From NCBI RefSeq assembly GCF_009914755.1, contig NC_060940.1: 64,000 nt of DNA. The stretch is one strand, 5' to 3'. Source of the DNA: the human T2T-CHM13v2.0 reference genome, Homo sapiens. The notes under the pieces were generated by a model that worked only from the letters and a program-made list of their open reading frames with translations, made no database searches and was not told where the DNA came from. This document shows, in pieces, positions 19,082-52,983 of this stretch; the stretch's first letter is position 1, and every line of letters begins with the position of its first letter. A program made the translations under genes and the position numbers.

Positions 19082-19379
<298 letters not shown>

Positions 19380-19576
19380 AAAAGGGCTCTTTTTTTTTTT
19401 TTTTTTTTTGAAATAAAACCTCCCTATCACCTAGGAAATGAATCATTCCTTAATATCTGCAAATGTTCAAATTTCAAATTATCTCATAGATAACTTCTTA
19501 ACTCTCTCAGGATTTAAATAAGGTCTGCATATTGGCATTTGGCTTGTCTTCTAAGTCTCATATGTATGTTCAATTT

Positions 19577-19740
19577 CAGTGCCTCTCACACATCAATATG
19601 CATATGAATTCCTGATGATCTGGTTAAAATGCAGATTCTAACTGAGTAGGTCTGGGGTGGGGCTGGAGTTCTGTATCTCTGACACATTCCCAGCAGATGA
19701 TGCTGTGATGTTGGTGCATGGACCATACCCTAAACAGCAT
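19577..19740. mobile_element. MER5A-like MITE
   Basis: GTTAAAATGCAGATTCT...AGTAGGTCTGGGGTGGGG. Confidence 0.6.
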
Positions 19741-19742
19741 AA

Positions 19743-20065
<323 letters not shown>

Positions 20066-21257
20066 CACAATAAAAGAAAATCTTCTATTAAAAAAAGGAA
20101 TGTTGACATCTTGTGGTGGTAGGGGGCCAGCTTGGTATAAAATCCTGGAAGGCAAGCTGCTGCTGGCTGGGAAGGGGCCTCGCCTTCCCCTGAATTGCAG
20201 TTGCTAATCACACCTGCTATGGGTATTTAAATGTAAAAGGCAACACCTGACCCTCCAGAATTGGTACCTGACACCCTGGCCACTCGAGAGTTTATCCCTG
20301 CAGGGTCTGGCCATCCCAAAACCAGAGGCCCCCTTGTCAAGATCCTCAGAACCTCTGGAAGTGCATTGATTTGTTCAGTTTCTGGCAGGCAGACAGAAAC
20401 ACAAGCTGCAGAAATAAGGCAGTTACCTTTTCTCACAGTTATAGGTTTAATTAAAAAGCCCCATGCTCCGGATTCCAAGCATCCTCCACTGATCTGCGAG
20501 ACCTATTGATTGCCTAGCTCTCCCTGCGAGACATAGCAGAGAGAAGACTTTATCTTCCTTTAATCAGACCTGCTTCCTTCCAATCTGGCTCCAACAGGAC
20601 TGCTGAGTTCTTGTGTAGAATGCTTCCATGGCCCCACCTTCATCCAGCCCCGAATACAGTGGGTAGAGCCAGCATCAGCTACAGAGAGCTGTGATCTGTG
20701 CTCGCAGTGTAGCCGGAGAGATGGCATCATCATCATCATCACCGTGGCCAGCACAAATGGAACATACACCACGTACCAGGTGCCGAGCTGATACTTCAAA
20801 TACATTCTCTCGTCTTATGCATCAATATTGTTCATTTCTGTCTGTATTATTACCTAATTGCCCTATTTAATGTCACCTGCACCAGGCATTTGTTCCCTTT
20901 CATATCACCTGTACTATTTTCTTCATTGCCCTTAGTATTATCTGAAACCGTTATTTACTTATCTGCCTCATTATTCATTGTCTCTGCCCCCGAACTGTAA
21001 ACTCCAGAGGGGCAAGGATTTTGCCCTTCTCATTCGGTCCAGCATCCTGGCACCGAAAATGGCCCTGAGCACATCAAAAGTTCTCTATAAATGTGTGTTG
21101 AATTTGATTTGTCACATTTACTCTTCCCAGCACCCTAGGAGCTCACTGTCTTACACGCATTTTACAGTTGAGGAAACTGAGACTCAGGAAAGAAAAGGAA
21201 TTTACCCAAATGCACCCACACAGGAAGCTATAGAGCAGAGATTGAAACCCATGTCTA

Positions 21258-21725
<468 letters not shown>

Positions 21726-21744
21726 TCAAGTCTATATAACTCTA

Positions 21745-22915
21745 GCAAGGGCCAGTAACCTGCAATCAATGAACTCAATGAACTCGGAAGAAAAAATAGA
21801 CCTCTTAATTTTACTAACATCAAACTGCAATGTAGCAATTCTTTCCATTATGAGTGTAGGCAGCAAACTGCCGTCGTGTCAACAGAACCTGTAACTTTGT
21901 CACCAACAGGAATCACAGATATTTTCATGCCCTGTTACATTTGTTGCAAAGATGTTGGAATATCATTTACACTCACCACTGCTTTAAACTGCAATCGTAA
22001 TAATGTTGCCAACCCACCACCAGATCGCCTTATTTGGTGTGTTAATAAAGAGGCATGGGTATTGCTATATCACAGTTTGGCTTTGTAATATTTTTGTAAT
22101 AATTTTGTAATATTTATATCAGCTGTATTTCCATATAATCAGTTGTCTTCACAAGCCTTTGGATTTCATATTTAGAAACATTGCTCAGAGGCTGGGAGCA
22201 GTGGCTCACACCTGTAATCCCAGTGCTCTGGGAGGCCAAGGCAGGCAGATCACTTGAGGCCAGGAGTTCAAGACCAGCCTGGCCAACATGGTGAAACCCT
22301 ATCTCTACTGAAAAACACAAAAATTAGCTGGGCGTGGTGGTGCATGCCTATAGTCCCAGCTACTTGGGAGACTGAAGCAGGAGAAGCACTTGAACCTGGG
22401 AGGCAGAGGTCAGTGAGCCGAGATGAAGCCACTGCACTCCAGCCTAGGTGACAGAGGGACACAGGGACACTCCGTCTCTAAAAAAAAAAAAAAAAAAAAA
22501 AAAAAGGCCGGGTGAGGTGGCTCACGCCTGTAATCCCAGCACTTTGGGAGGCCAAGGCGGGTGGATCACCTGAGGTCAGGTGTCTGAGACCAGCCTGGCC
22601 AGCATGGTGAAACCCCATCACTACTAAAAATACAAAAATTAGCCGGGCGGGGTGGCAGGCACCTGTAATCCCAGCTACTCAGGAGACTAAGGCAGGATAA
22701 TCACTCGAACCCAGGATGTAGAGGTTGCAGTGAGCCAAGATCATGCCACTGCACTCCAGCCTCAGTGACAGAGCGAGACTCTGTCTCAAACAAAAAATGA
22801 AAGAAAAGAAAAGAAAAGAAAGAAAAGAGAAGAAAAAGAAACATTGCTCTGAGAAGGGTAATAGGCTTCCCCAGATACCAACAGGGCCCACAGTGCAGAA
22901 AATATTCAGGACTGG
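21745..22915 (+). mobile_element. hAT-Charlie DNA transposon remnant (Charlie7/MER113-like) with two tandem Alus inside
   Basis: TTTGTCACCAACAGGAATCACAGATATTTTCAT and CTGAGAAGGG..ATAGGCTT..CCAGA motifs. Confidence 0.45.
22190..22838 (+). mobile_element. Two tandem AluS inside one TSD pair
   Basis: Flanks AGAAACATTGCTC(A/T)GAG on both sides. Confidence 0.9.
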
Positions 22916-23957
22916 GCTCTAACGCCCATGCTCAGACCACAGGCTGCACATAACGTGTGGCTCAGACAGAAGAGAAACATGAAAATGACCGCAGGTGAGT
23001 TTCCAGCTCTCCTCCCTCCAAGGGCAGGGATGCTGAGGCTCAGTGTGGGGATGTGACCTGGGAGGACACATAGCAAGGTAGAACCTGGGTCTGAACTGGA
23101 CTCCGAATTGTCCCATTAGCAGCCTGGCACCTTTTCAGCTGCACCAAGCTGCCACCTAAGGACACAAAGCATTCCAAGCTCAGACGTTTGTGGGCTGTAG
23201 CCCATGGTGATGAGCCACTTGGAGGCAGTTTGTGCAGTGGAGAAGGCTCTGGTTCACTGACCTGCAGTGACTGGTAGTCACTTGTTCACACAAAACAGTC
23301 ATTATTCGCTCACACACTGCCAGCAGGATGTAGATCAGTTCAGTCACCTTGAAAGGCAATTGGGCAGAGCCTGGTAAAACACGGGGTTGGGTTCTTCTTT
23401 TGGCCCAGTCATTGCAACACCAACATCCCCAATGTACACCCCAGAACAGCAGGTCCCAACCCTGAATGCACATTTAGAAGCACCCTGGAGCTTCTAAAAC
23501 TGCCGATGCCTACCCTGAACCATTCATTTAAGAATTTGGGGAAAGGCAGAGAGTTGTGTGATCGTTAAAAAAAAAACGTTCAGGTGATTCTGTCTGCAGC
23601 CAAGTTGAGAACTACTGGCCTCAGGAAACACTTCACGGTAGTACACAGAGGCCTACGCGGTGCACACACTGAAGTGCTATTTTCAATAGCAAGGCAGTAG
23701 ACACAACACAAATGCCCATCAACACAGAAATAGCTTGAGAAAACAAAAGACAATTAATAACATAGTGAGATGCTATGCAGAAGGCAGGAGGAATTAACTA
23801 GCTCTCTATGTATCAGCGAGGATTGGTCTCAGAAACACAGTGTTGAGTGAAAAAAATTCAAGTTGCAAACTATACACATAGCGTGCTATATCTTGAGGTT
23901 TTCAGAACAAAACTAAAGATGCATACAAATGGATGCAGAAGTATTTGAAGGTCCTTA

Positions 23958-25075
<1,118 letters not shown>

Positions 25076-25284
25076 AAAGAGAGAGAGAGGGGAAAGAAGG
25101 AGGAGGAGGAGGAAGAAGGGAGGCAGGGGAGGGGAGGGAGGGAGGGAAAGACAGAGAGGGAGAGGAGAGAGAAAGAAAGAGGATGGAAGGAAGGAAGGAA
25201 GGAAGGAAGGAAAGAAAGAAGGAAGGAAGGAAGGAAGAAAGGGAGGGAGGGAGGGGAAGAAAGGGAGGGAGGGAGGGGAAGAAA
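25076..25284. repeat. Polypurine GA-rich / (GGAA)n tract
   Basis: Almost pure purine run. Confidence 0.9.
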
Positions 25285-25859
25285 GCATCCCATGCACAGG
25301 AAATAATAAGGTCAAAATCCTAGAGTGCAAAATGAGGGCAGCAGCCCCATGGCATTCTTAGGTCACTGGTCCTTCCTTTTGCCTGGAGAAAATGGTGAAC
25401 AGTGAGGCTGAGAAGTGGGCAGGGGCCGGATGGTTGTGGGATCTCTTGAGCCATGTTAAGGATTTTGGTCTTCATCCTCAAGGGAATGGGACCACTGAAG
25501 TGTGTTATGCAGGGAACTGTCACCATTACATGTATGCTCCCGGGTAGAGGCAAAGGGAAGGGAATAAGAGACAGAGCAGAAGCTAAGCAGCGTCTGTGGT
25601 CACCAGGTGAAAGCAGGGGGTGGCAGTGGGAGTGGAGAGAAGTGGACAGAGCTGACAGATGCTTTAGAGGCAAAACTGACACACTTGGTGACAGGTTCAA
25701 AGTGAGGAGTAAGTAACGAGTCCAAGAAGATACCCCTCAACTAGGCACTTCTGGCCCCCAGGGGTCCAGCCAGACCTCTGGTGGTCCCAGCCCAGGTCTG
25801 CATCCCTCTAGATTGTCTCCGGTCCAGAACAAAACTCTGGCTAAACAATGAACCTTCCA

Positions 25860-26296
25860 CATGCCTGTAATCCCAGCATGTTGGGAGGCCAAGGTGGGAG
25901 GATCGCTTGAGCTCAGGAGTGTGAGACTAGCCTGGGCAACATAGTGAGACCCCCGTCTCTACAAAAAATAAAAAAATTAGCCAGGCATGGTGGCACATGC
26001 CTGTAGTCCCACCTACCTGGGAGAATGAGATGGAAGGATAGCTTGAGCCTGAGAGGTCAAGGCTAGAGTGAGCCGTGAGCACGCCACTGCACTCCAAGTC
26101 TGGGTGACAGCGTGAGACCCTGTCTCAACAAAAAAAGAATGAGCTTTTCAGTCGGGTGCAGTGGCTCACACCTGCATTCCCCACTACTTGGGAGACTGAA
26201 GTGGAGGGATCACTTAAGCCCAGGAGTTTGAGACCAGCCTGGGCAACATAGCGCAGAAAAACATCATCTCTTAAAAAAAAAAAAAAAAAAAAAAAA
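25860..26296 (+). mobile_element. AluJ plus left-monomer (FLAM-like) Alu
   Basis: Alu consensus similarity. Confidence 0.85.
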
Positions 26297-27130
26297 TTTA
26301 AAGGGATGGAGCCTTTCGGTAAGGAGGCTCATCTGAGTTCCAGCACATCTCAAAACAAAAATCAAAATGATACCCTTGGCTCACCACATCCAAGTCTCTT
26401 GTGCCCCAAAAGTCATTATCCTGTTATGGCGCCCAGTGACAATTAGTGAGAAATTGTATGGACAGCTCCCGATTAGATGTAACACCCCTGACACGCAGCA
26501 TCGTGAATCAATTACTCTGAGTAACTCAAGTCTAACACTCTGACACTCCGCCCCCCAGGAAAGTGCCTCCTTCTTTCCACACACACTTCTTTCTTCCCAA
26601 TGAATAAATTGAGAGCTGTTTGTTTACAGAGACAAGGTTATTTTCATTCGTGACTGAAGAAGCAGCTCTGCTCACCCTGTTAGCTGTGAGTCACAGTTGA
26701 TTCCCTCAAGGATGGGACTGAGTTGGGATGAAGGGCCCCAACTTCCCCAGGTATTGGTCCCAGTCATTGCCCAAGGAGTGGACTATCTTACCCTGGGTCC
26801 TGGGGACCCACGAAGCCAGAGGTCCTCAGAACAGGGCTCCCAACATAGCTCCAGGGAGTGAACCCCCATCCTTCATTCAAGAGCAAATCCTGACCGCCTG
26901 CTCCATACCAGGCTCGGTTCTGGAAACCCCCATCCACATGGAGGAGGGAGATACACAAGAAACAGAGATATGTAGCATGAAGATGATGAGAAGTTCTGTG
27001 GGGGAAAAAAAAAAAAGCAAAGACATGAAGAGGCATTCCTGGGAGGGGATGGGATAGAGGGAGCATTGCAAATGTAAATGGCATCATCAAGGATGTCTGG
27101 CTGAGAAGGTCACATTTGAGAAAAGTCTCA

Positions 27131-29190
<2,060 letters not shown>

Positions 29191-29713
29191 ATAATGAAGA
29201 CAGCCAGGCAGGTGCTAACGACAGCTCCCAAAACCAGCTGTCTGGCCCAGGCTGCTCTGCTGGACTCCAGGCATGGACATCTACCTGCTGACCCCACATC
29301 TCCTCCAAAGCTTACATTTCTCACGCTCAACGTGTCCGCCATACTCCTGATACTCCCTTCTCAATCGGTGGCAACCTCATTCTTTAAGGTGCTGAAGCCA
29401 AAAACCACAGGTCACCCATTATTTCTCTTCTTCTCTCTCTCACCCCATCTGCACTCCTTTCAAAATACATCCAGAATCTAATAACCTCGTCACACCTCTT
29501 ACTACCACTTTAGTCCAAGCCACCACCACACTTACCTGGATGACTATATGGTAGCCACCAAATTCACCTTCCTGCTTCTGACTCCCCAACCCTACCCCTA
29601 CCTTCATACTATTCTCAACACCACAGCCAGAGAGAGCCTGTAGAAAGCTACATCCAGTGAAGCCACTTGGGATGGTCAATTTGATGTGTCAGTTTGACTG
29701 GGCCACGGGCTGC

Positions 29714-29718
<5 letters not shown>

Positions 29719-29752
<34 letters not shown>

Positions 29753-30040
29753 AGACAAGGTCTTGCTCCGTCGCTCAGGCTGGAGTGCGGTGGCACAGTC
29801 AGTCATGGCTCACTGCAGCCTCAACCTCCCTGAGCTCAGACGATCCTTCCACCTTAGCCTCCTGAGTAGCTGGTACCACATGTGGTGCCATCATACCAGC
29901 TAATTTTTGTATTTTTTTTTTATAGATACAGGGTTTTGCCATGTTGCCCAGGCTGGTCTCAAACTCCTGGCCTCAGGTGATCCACGCATTTTGGCTTTCC
30001 AGAGTGCAGGGACTACAGGTGTGAGCCACCATGCCTGGCC
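29719..30040 (-). mobile_element. AluJ in MLT2 LTR
   Basis: TSD CCCAGAT. Confidence 0.88.
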
Positions 30041-30451
30041 CCCAGATATTTTTGTTCAAACATTATTGTGAGTGTGTGTCTGTAAGGGTGTTCCTGGGTG
30101 AGATTCACATTTGAACTGCAGACTGAATAGAGCAAGTCGCCCTCCCTAATGTGGGTGGGCCCCATCCAATCCGTTGAAGGCCCATATAGAACAAAAAAGC
30201 ACAGTACAAGAGAACTCCTGCTGCCTGCCTGCTTGGGCTGGGACACTGTGTTTTTCCAGCCTGAGACTTGAACTGAAACATTGGCTTTTCCTGCATCTCA
30301 AGTCTGCTCGCGTTAGGACCAGAACTTATGTCATTGGCTCTCCTGGGAACTCACAGGGTCTTTGGGCCTCACACTGGAGCTAAATCATCAGTTCTCCTGG
30401 GTCTCCTGTTTGCCAGCTGCCGATCTTGGGACTTCTCGGCCTCCATAATCA

Positions 30452-30781
<330 letters not shown>

Positions 30782-30955
30782 TTAATTGATTAATGTAGAC
30801 ATGTGTATATCCTGTTGGTTCCCTTTCTCGGGAGAACCCCCTCAAAATAATTAATTGATTAATGTAGACATGTGTATATCCTGTTGGTTCCCTTTCTCTG
30901 GAGAACCGTAATATGCCACTCCTCTGCTCAAACTCCTGCACTGGCTCCCCTCTGA

Positions 30956-31757
<802 letters not shown>

Positions 31758-31900
31758 TGACACAGACTTAGCACTCCATAAATATGTGTGGAATTTAGCC
31801 ATTCATCCATTTACTCATTCATTGCACACCTACTCTGGGCTAGGCACACAAGTAATTTTATAACAACATAGCAAGGGAGGTCTTATCATCGCTAGTTTAG

Positions 31901-32466
<566 letters not shown>

Positions 32467-33279
32467 GGCTTTCCTTCTTTCTGTGTAGTCCCATGAAGTA
32501 AGATCTGAATTGAGATGGAGTCCTGCTGGCAGTAACTGGCTATGAGGCCCCAGCTGTCACGTACACTCTCTGTTCTTCAGGAAACAGGACACGGTGGCCA
32601 AACCACCACCAGGTCCCCTTCTCTCCATATCGTGAAAACCTGGTGCCATCCTGTGGCTGCTCATCAGCTCAACTCAAGGTCCTCTGACCCACTCCACATG
32701 AATGTAAAACCTTTCTCTGGGGAATATCACTCAGCTTCGGTGACTTCCAGCCTCACTCTGCAAATCCCTGCTTCCTTTGCAAAGTCTGCATTTGTCTCTG
32801 TTTTAATAAGAAAAACCTGACCTCCTTCTGGTTTTCTGTTGAAAGAGAAATTGCTGGTACTTTCCAACTACTAACCAAAATCTAGCGTTTCCTGTGGTCC
32901 CACCGAAGCACCACTTCCCTTCTCCCACCTACCCCGCCTACTCCTTCATACAAGCTGGCAGATGGGCACCCACAGCCAGGGTCCTCTCCCCCAACCAGCC
33001 TTGGGCCCGCATCTGAGTTTGGTGGTAGCCCCTGCCACTTCCTCACCCCATGGCTCCATGGGACCCAGGACCAGCTTGCAGCCCCATGATTCGGGCTCCT
33101 CTCTCTGGGGTGCTCCTCTCCCACCACTTCCCTTCTTCTAGACCAGGTATGTGGGGCTGGATGAATCCTCTACAGAAAAGAGCCCAGCACCAGGTCAGAC
33201 ATATATGGGTTCAAATCTCAGTTCTGATCCAGTTAGCTGTATGGCCTCAAGCTAGACACTTAACCTCTCTGAGCTGCCT

Positions 33280-33613
<334 letters not shown>

Positions 33614-33985
33614 CAACAATAATAAATTTTAAAAACAAAGAATATGATATGCTGCAGGTCAGAAATATCCTACTAGGAGCCAAAGCTCTAGAGGCAGAAA
33701 AGTCAGGAGTTGACAGAAATCCAAGGGAAGACTTGAGATGCCTCAGGAATGGGATAGAGGAGGAGGAGGAAGACAGGACGTTGGGGAAAATTTTATTGAA
33801 ATCAGAAGGGGCAAAAAGGGCCCCAGATGACATCTGCTTTATATTCGGAAGTAAAGGAGTGAATAATAATATTGGGAATGGGATGCTAGTAATGGATGCT
33901 ACAGACAGGTGCAGAAATCTGTAGTACCAGCTGGAGAGATAAAAGCAACCTTGACACTCAGCAAAAGGCGGTACCTGTTATTCTC

Positions 33986-34345
33986 CGTGTGTGTGTATGC
34001 ATGTGTGTGATATATATCAGTGTGTATGTATGTGTGTGCATAGATATGTGTGTGTGTATATGCATTTAGCACAGGTGCTCAAAAATATTTATTGGATGGA
34101 TGAGTGGATTGGTAGATGGATGGATGAATGAACCCATGGACGGATGGGTGGGTGGATGGATAGATGGGTGGTTGGATGAATGCGTGGATGGATGGATGGA
34201 TGGATGGATGGATGGATGGGTAGATGGATGGGTGGGTGGGTGGATGGGTGGATGGGTGAGTGGGTGGGTGAGTGGAGAGTAGGTGGATGGATGGAGGGTA
34301 GTTGGGTAGATAGGTGGGTAGGTGGATGGAGAGATAGACGGATGA
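33986..34345. repeat. (TG/TA)n degenerate repeat followed by (TGGA/TGGG)n repeat (34092-34345)
   Basis: Direct reading. Confidence 0.9.
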
Positions 34346-34727
34346 GGTACACCAACTATTCCTGTCCTTCAGCCCTCAAATCAACTCTCTTTTGCCTCAA
34401 GACTGGCAATACTTCTACTTTCCTTCCTCCTCCGTCCGGCGTCCTCCTCTTCCCCACGGCAAGTAAATGCTGTACCCCAGCTCCAGTCTGGGCTTGCGCT
34501 CAGGGACCAATATTCCAGGACATTTGCAGTCCTACCCTGCCACCTACAGGGAGCTCTGTGGTACTGCAGAGAGGAGCCCCTATTTGACTTCGATTCAGGG
34601 CAGCGTCAAGTATCTCACCCTATTCAGAAAGAGAAAGGGTAGCACTCAGAGTGCTTGGCAAGGAGTGGGCAAAGCCCACGGGGAACTGGGGGCTGGTTTC
34701 GGCTTAGAATCTTCTTTCAAAGGGTGA

Positions 34728-35409
<682 letters not shown>

Positions 35410-35471
35410 TGAGGTGTGGGTCAGGTTAGGGTTATTACTTTAACAAGATAAAAATATCTGTAGGAAGGCTA

Positions 35472-36631
<1,160 letters not shown>

Positions 36632-38111
36632 AAAGAAAACACAGGAGCCTGGACAGCTTAGAATATCCCAGAACCCAGGAACTCTCTCAGGGTTTCCACC
36701 TCCTGACCTAAAGGCAAATTTCTACAGTGAGGCTCTGACGGGCCCGGCCTGGATTATGTGGCCACCTTAGAGGTAGAATCCTGTTACTGGCAGATGTCAA
36801 ATAAAGGCTGGTATCCCCAAAAAAGGGATGCTAAGCAGCCCAAAGCAAGTATACAAGGTAACATATATGTTAATTAGCTTGATTTAGCCATTCCATGCTG
36901 TATACATATATCAAAATATCATATATACATATAATTTTTATTTGTAATTAAAAAGTAAAATGAGTCTCTTGTAGACAGAATATAATTGGATCTTGTTTTC
37001 TCAACCCATTCAACTTGTATATTTAGCTGTCCCCATTTCACAGGCAAGAAAACTGAGTCTCAGAGGAGTTTGATATGGGTAGTGTGTCAGTCAGATTCTT
37101 GTAAGTTGGCCAGAAACAGAAATATTCTCAGTTTACATTATGAAAGCTGGAAGGCCAAAGTCTCACCACCCAGTCAGGGCTGCCAGAGGCTGGAACATCT
37201 TCAGGTTACACTCATCACTGACAGCAGCTCTGTAATTCAGGGGACCATCCTAGCTCTGCCCTCTAGGCTCCACCAAGATGGTGACGCAGCATCTCCGGGT
37301 CTTGGCCTATTCCTCTGCTATCTCCATGCTACTCTCTATCTCATAGTTTCTGCTGACTTGTGGCTCTTGCCACGACTCAAGTTTCTGCTGACTCATAATT
37401 CCTGTCAATTCATGGCTCCTATTCACCCATAGCTTCTGCTGACTCAAAGCGTCCTCTTATAACTTTCCTTCTCTGTGTTTCTGTTTCTGCCCTCAATACT
37501 GACTACTAATCCTTTCTCTGTGTCTCGTATTCAGATTCTTCAAAAGAAAGCAACTGAATTTTTCAGTTGGTCCTCTCTATTTGTTGGATTTTTCACCTTA
37601 GGTTCAGTGTCCACTGCTGTCCAATTAGCTGAATCCTGCACGTGTAAGTTGCAAAATGGGGTTTATCAGTGTGAATAACCTCTCAGAAGGGGCAGCAATG
37701 CAAATGCAATGGGATCCTTCAAACCAAGTAGGACCAAGATTTTGAGTCAAGGTTCTCTGGTTGCAAGTGTTTCCCACCGGAGTATCTGGGTTGCCCTATC
37801 CCACAGGATCAAAAAATAATAATTAACACTGGCTGTCAAGCACCATCCTAGCCTTACACAGACTATCTCAACTAATCCTGACCCCAGTCCCAGGAGGCGG
37901 CCTCTTTAATTGTGCCCATTTCACAGAAATGAAAACTCATTTAGAAAAGGTAAATAACAGGCTCAAAGTTATACTTCTACTAAGTAAATTATCTATCAAT
38001 AATTACTTTAAGTATAAATGAATTAAATTCCCCAATTAGAAGACATAGAGTAGGTGAATCGGTTGAAAAAACAAGATCCAACTATACTCTGTCTACAGGA
38101 GGTTCACTTTA

Positions 38112-38495
<384 letters not shown>

Positions 38496-38934
38496 TTAAC
38501 ATATATGTTACCTTGTATATGGATCATTTTTGTGGTTAGAACACTTTTATTAACTAGTCACAATAGACCTCTTGAACTTTTTCCTCCTGGCTAATTGAAA
38601 TTTTTTATCTTTTGACCAATGTCTCCCCAACCCTCTCACAGACACCCTCACCTTGCTTCTGGTAACCACCATTCTACTCTCTACTTCAGTGAGTTCAACT
38701 TTTTTAGATTCCACATATAAGTGAGATCATGTGGTATTTGTCTTTCTGTGCCTGATTTATTTCACTTAACATAATGTCTTCCAGGTTCATCCACGTTGTC
38801 ACCAATAACAAGACTTCCTTCGTTTCCTTAATTTTTATGGAGATGGGTTAAGGCTGAAGAGTATATATACCACATTGGTGTATGTGTATCACATTTTCTT
38901 TATCTACTCATCCACTGATGGACACTTAGGTTGA

Positions 38935-39373
<439 letters not shown>

Positions 39374-39653
39374 TAACAAATGCTGGCCAAGACGTAGAGA
39401 TCTTTCACTGTACTTCTGACAAAAAAAGGGTTGTTATTTGTGTGTGTGTGATTTTTCTTCCCTGAGCAGCCCAGGCAGAGCACACTGGGCCCTGTGCACT
39501 GTCCTGTTACCTTCACATTTTGTCTCCACTGACTCCAGGCCCAACCCCTACTAGAGCTGCAGCTGTGCCTGTGCCCAAAGTCAATAGACTGAAGAGCAGA
39601 AAGAGGGAGTGGACTCTTACCCCATGGCTGGCGGACATTAAGATTTATCTCTA

Positions 39654-42430
<2,777 letters not shown>

Positions 42431-43129
42431 ATAGTACTCATCTTGTAAAACTGCTATGAAAATTATACGAGTTATATGAACAATATCTGGAACATAGTAT
42501 GTGCCATAGAAGTATGGCATCATCTTTATCATCATCGTCATCATCACCACAGGCGACATAACTGAAGCTCAAAGAAAGAAGGCTACACTATTTCCCCACA
42601 GTCCAGTTGACTCTCAGGCTCATCCTCAAGCCCTCCTTCCCCACATTCTTACGCACATGGTTGCTAGGCTGCATTCTTCAAGCCCCGTCCCTTGGATGCC
42701 TTGGGAAGTTGGAACATCACCTCTTCGCTCTGCTTTTGGAGCCATCGTGCTGGAAGGACAGCAGGCGTGGACCTCCTCTCCCTAGGCACCTACCCACCAC
42801 CCGCAATGCAACCTCTTCACCTGGCACGAGGCACTCCTAGGAGCTCTCTCCAGCTTCCTCTTGCCATATTGTGTGCTTTTCGAAGAGGACGCAGACATGC
42901 AACCCCATCCCACAGCAGCCCACAACTTAAACAACAAAAGAGAACGCATCAAGCAGTGGTTTCTCCGTGTCTTTCACCACACCTGGGCACACTAACTCAG
43001 AACACATGCCCATCCACTCAGTCCCAAAGACACGACTCTTTTTTTTTTTTTTTAACTCTGTGCCTATGCTTACCCAAAGACAATACCGTTCTTCTTTCTT
43101 TTTTTTTTGTTTTAAACAAAAAAAAAAAG

Positions 43130-43847
<718 letters not shown>

Positions 43848-44192
43848 TAATTTTGGTTTGCTCTTCCTCTGTGCCATTGTTCCCATTCCCGCAAACCCCA
43901 TCACAAGGAGGAAAAAAAAAAAAAAGAAAAAGAAAGGAAGAAAATTTTGACTGCTAGAAAGACCTTACCCAACATAAAAGCATTATGGATGCATTTGTTT
44001 ACTCTAAAACTTTCTTGAAGACCTAGTATATGCCAGACACTGTGCCGAGTTCAGGACTCCACCTCTGCTGATGGAGCCCTTGTGATACAACAAAGACTTC
44101 TTGTTCTCTGAGGGTTTTTGCTATTCATGTGATTTGAATTAATAATAGTAATAACTCAACATCTCACTGGCCCACTGCCCTGCTGGCTCTCA

Positions 44193-45219
<1,027 letters not shown>

Positions 45220-45479
45220 TTATGGCAACACTGAAAATCAGATTCTCCTCCCTCCCCAGGGTCTATTGTTGCTCTCTATCGTGGGTTGCTGTGGTTTGCT
45301 TGTTTGGTAAATTTTCCAAACTATTTTTGTAAAGTCTGTATTCTTTGTGTTTCTGTTTCTGTTTTTTTTTTTGTTTTGTTTTGTTTTTTCTGTTCTGTTC
45401 TTTTTGCTTGTTTCTGTCCTTTTTGCTTGTCAGTCAGCTGGTATTTTGAGAGCTACCTAAAATGGCTGAAGCCAACAAA

Positions 45480-45645
45480 TAAAGAAGAATAAAAGGGAAG
45501 AAACAAGAAAACAGGAGAAATAAAGAGAAAGAAAGAGAGAGAGAAAGAAGGCAGGCAGGCAGAAAGGAGAGAAAGGAAGGAAGGAGGGAAGGAAGGAAGG
45601 AAAGAAGGAAGGGAGGGAGGGAGGGAGGAAGGAAGAAAAGAAAAA
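45480..45645. repeat. Polypurine (GGAA/GAAA)n tract
   Basis: Direct reading. Confidence 0.85.
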
Positions 45646-45794
45646 CACTATCCTAGTCTTTGCAAATTGGATCTGTTTGGGGCACTCTCTCAACCCTTAA
45701 CCAAGCCATTTATACTCTGCCTTAGCCTTCACTTCCTGCTTGCACAGAGACTGAAGGCCAGAAAGAGATGAAAGCCCAGGGTCTTCTTAGGCCT

Positions 45795-50890
<5,096 letters not shown>

Positions 50891-51136
50891 CATGTGGAGG
50901 GAGGGGGATACAGGCTGGTCATGGAAGACAGGCATGTTGACAGCAGAGGGTGCTACAGATAATCTCTTGACATCCCCTAACTGACAAAGAGAAGGCTAAT
51001 CCCTTTTATTACTCTAGATCTCATTCTTTTCTATTCTGCCACTGAATAAGCCCTTACTAAATATCAGAGGTTGCTCTAAGCATTTGTATCAGTCAAGATA
51101 CGTTAGGTTATAAAAACGCCAAATCGCAGTTGCTTA

Positions 51137-52983
<1,847 letters not shown>

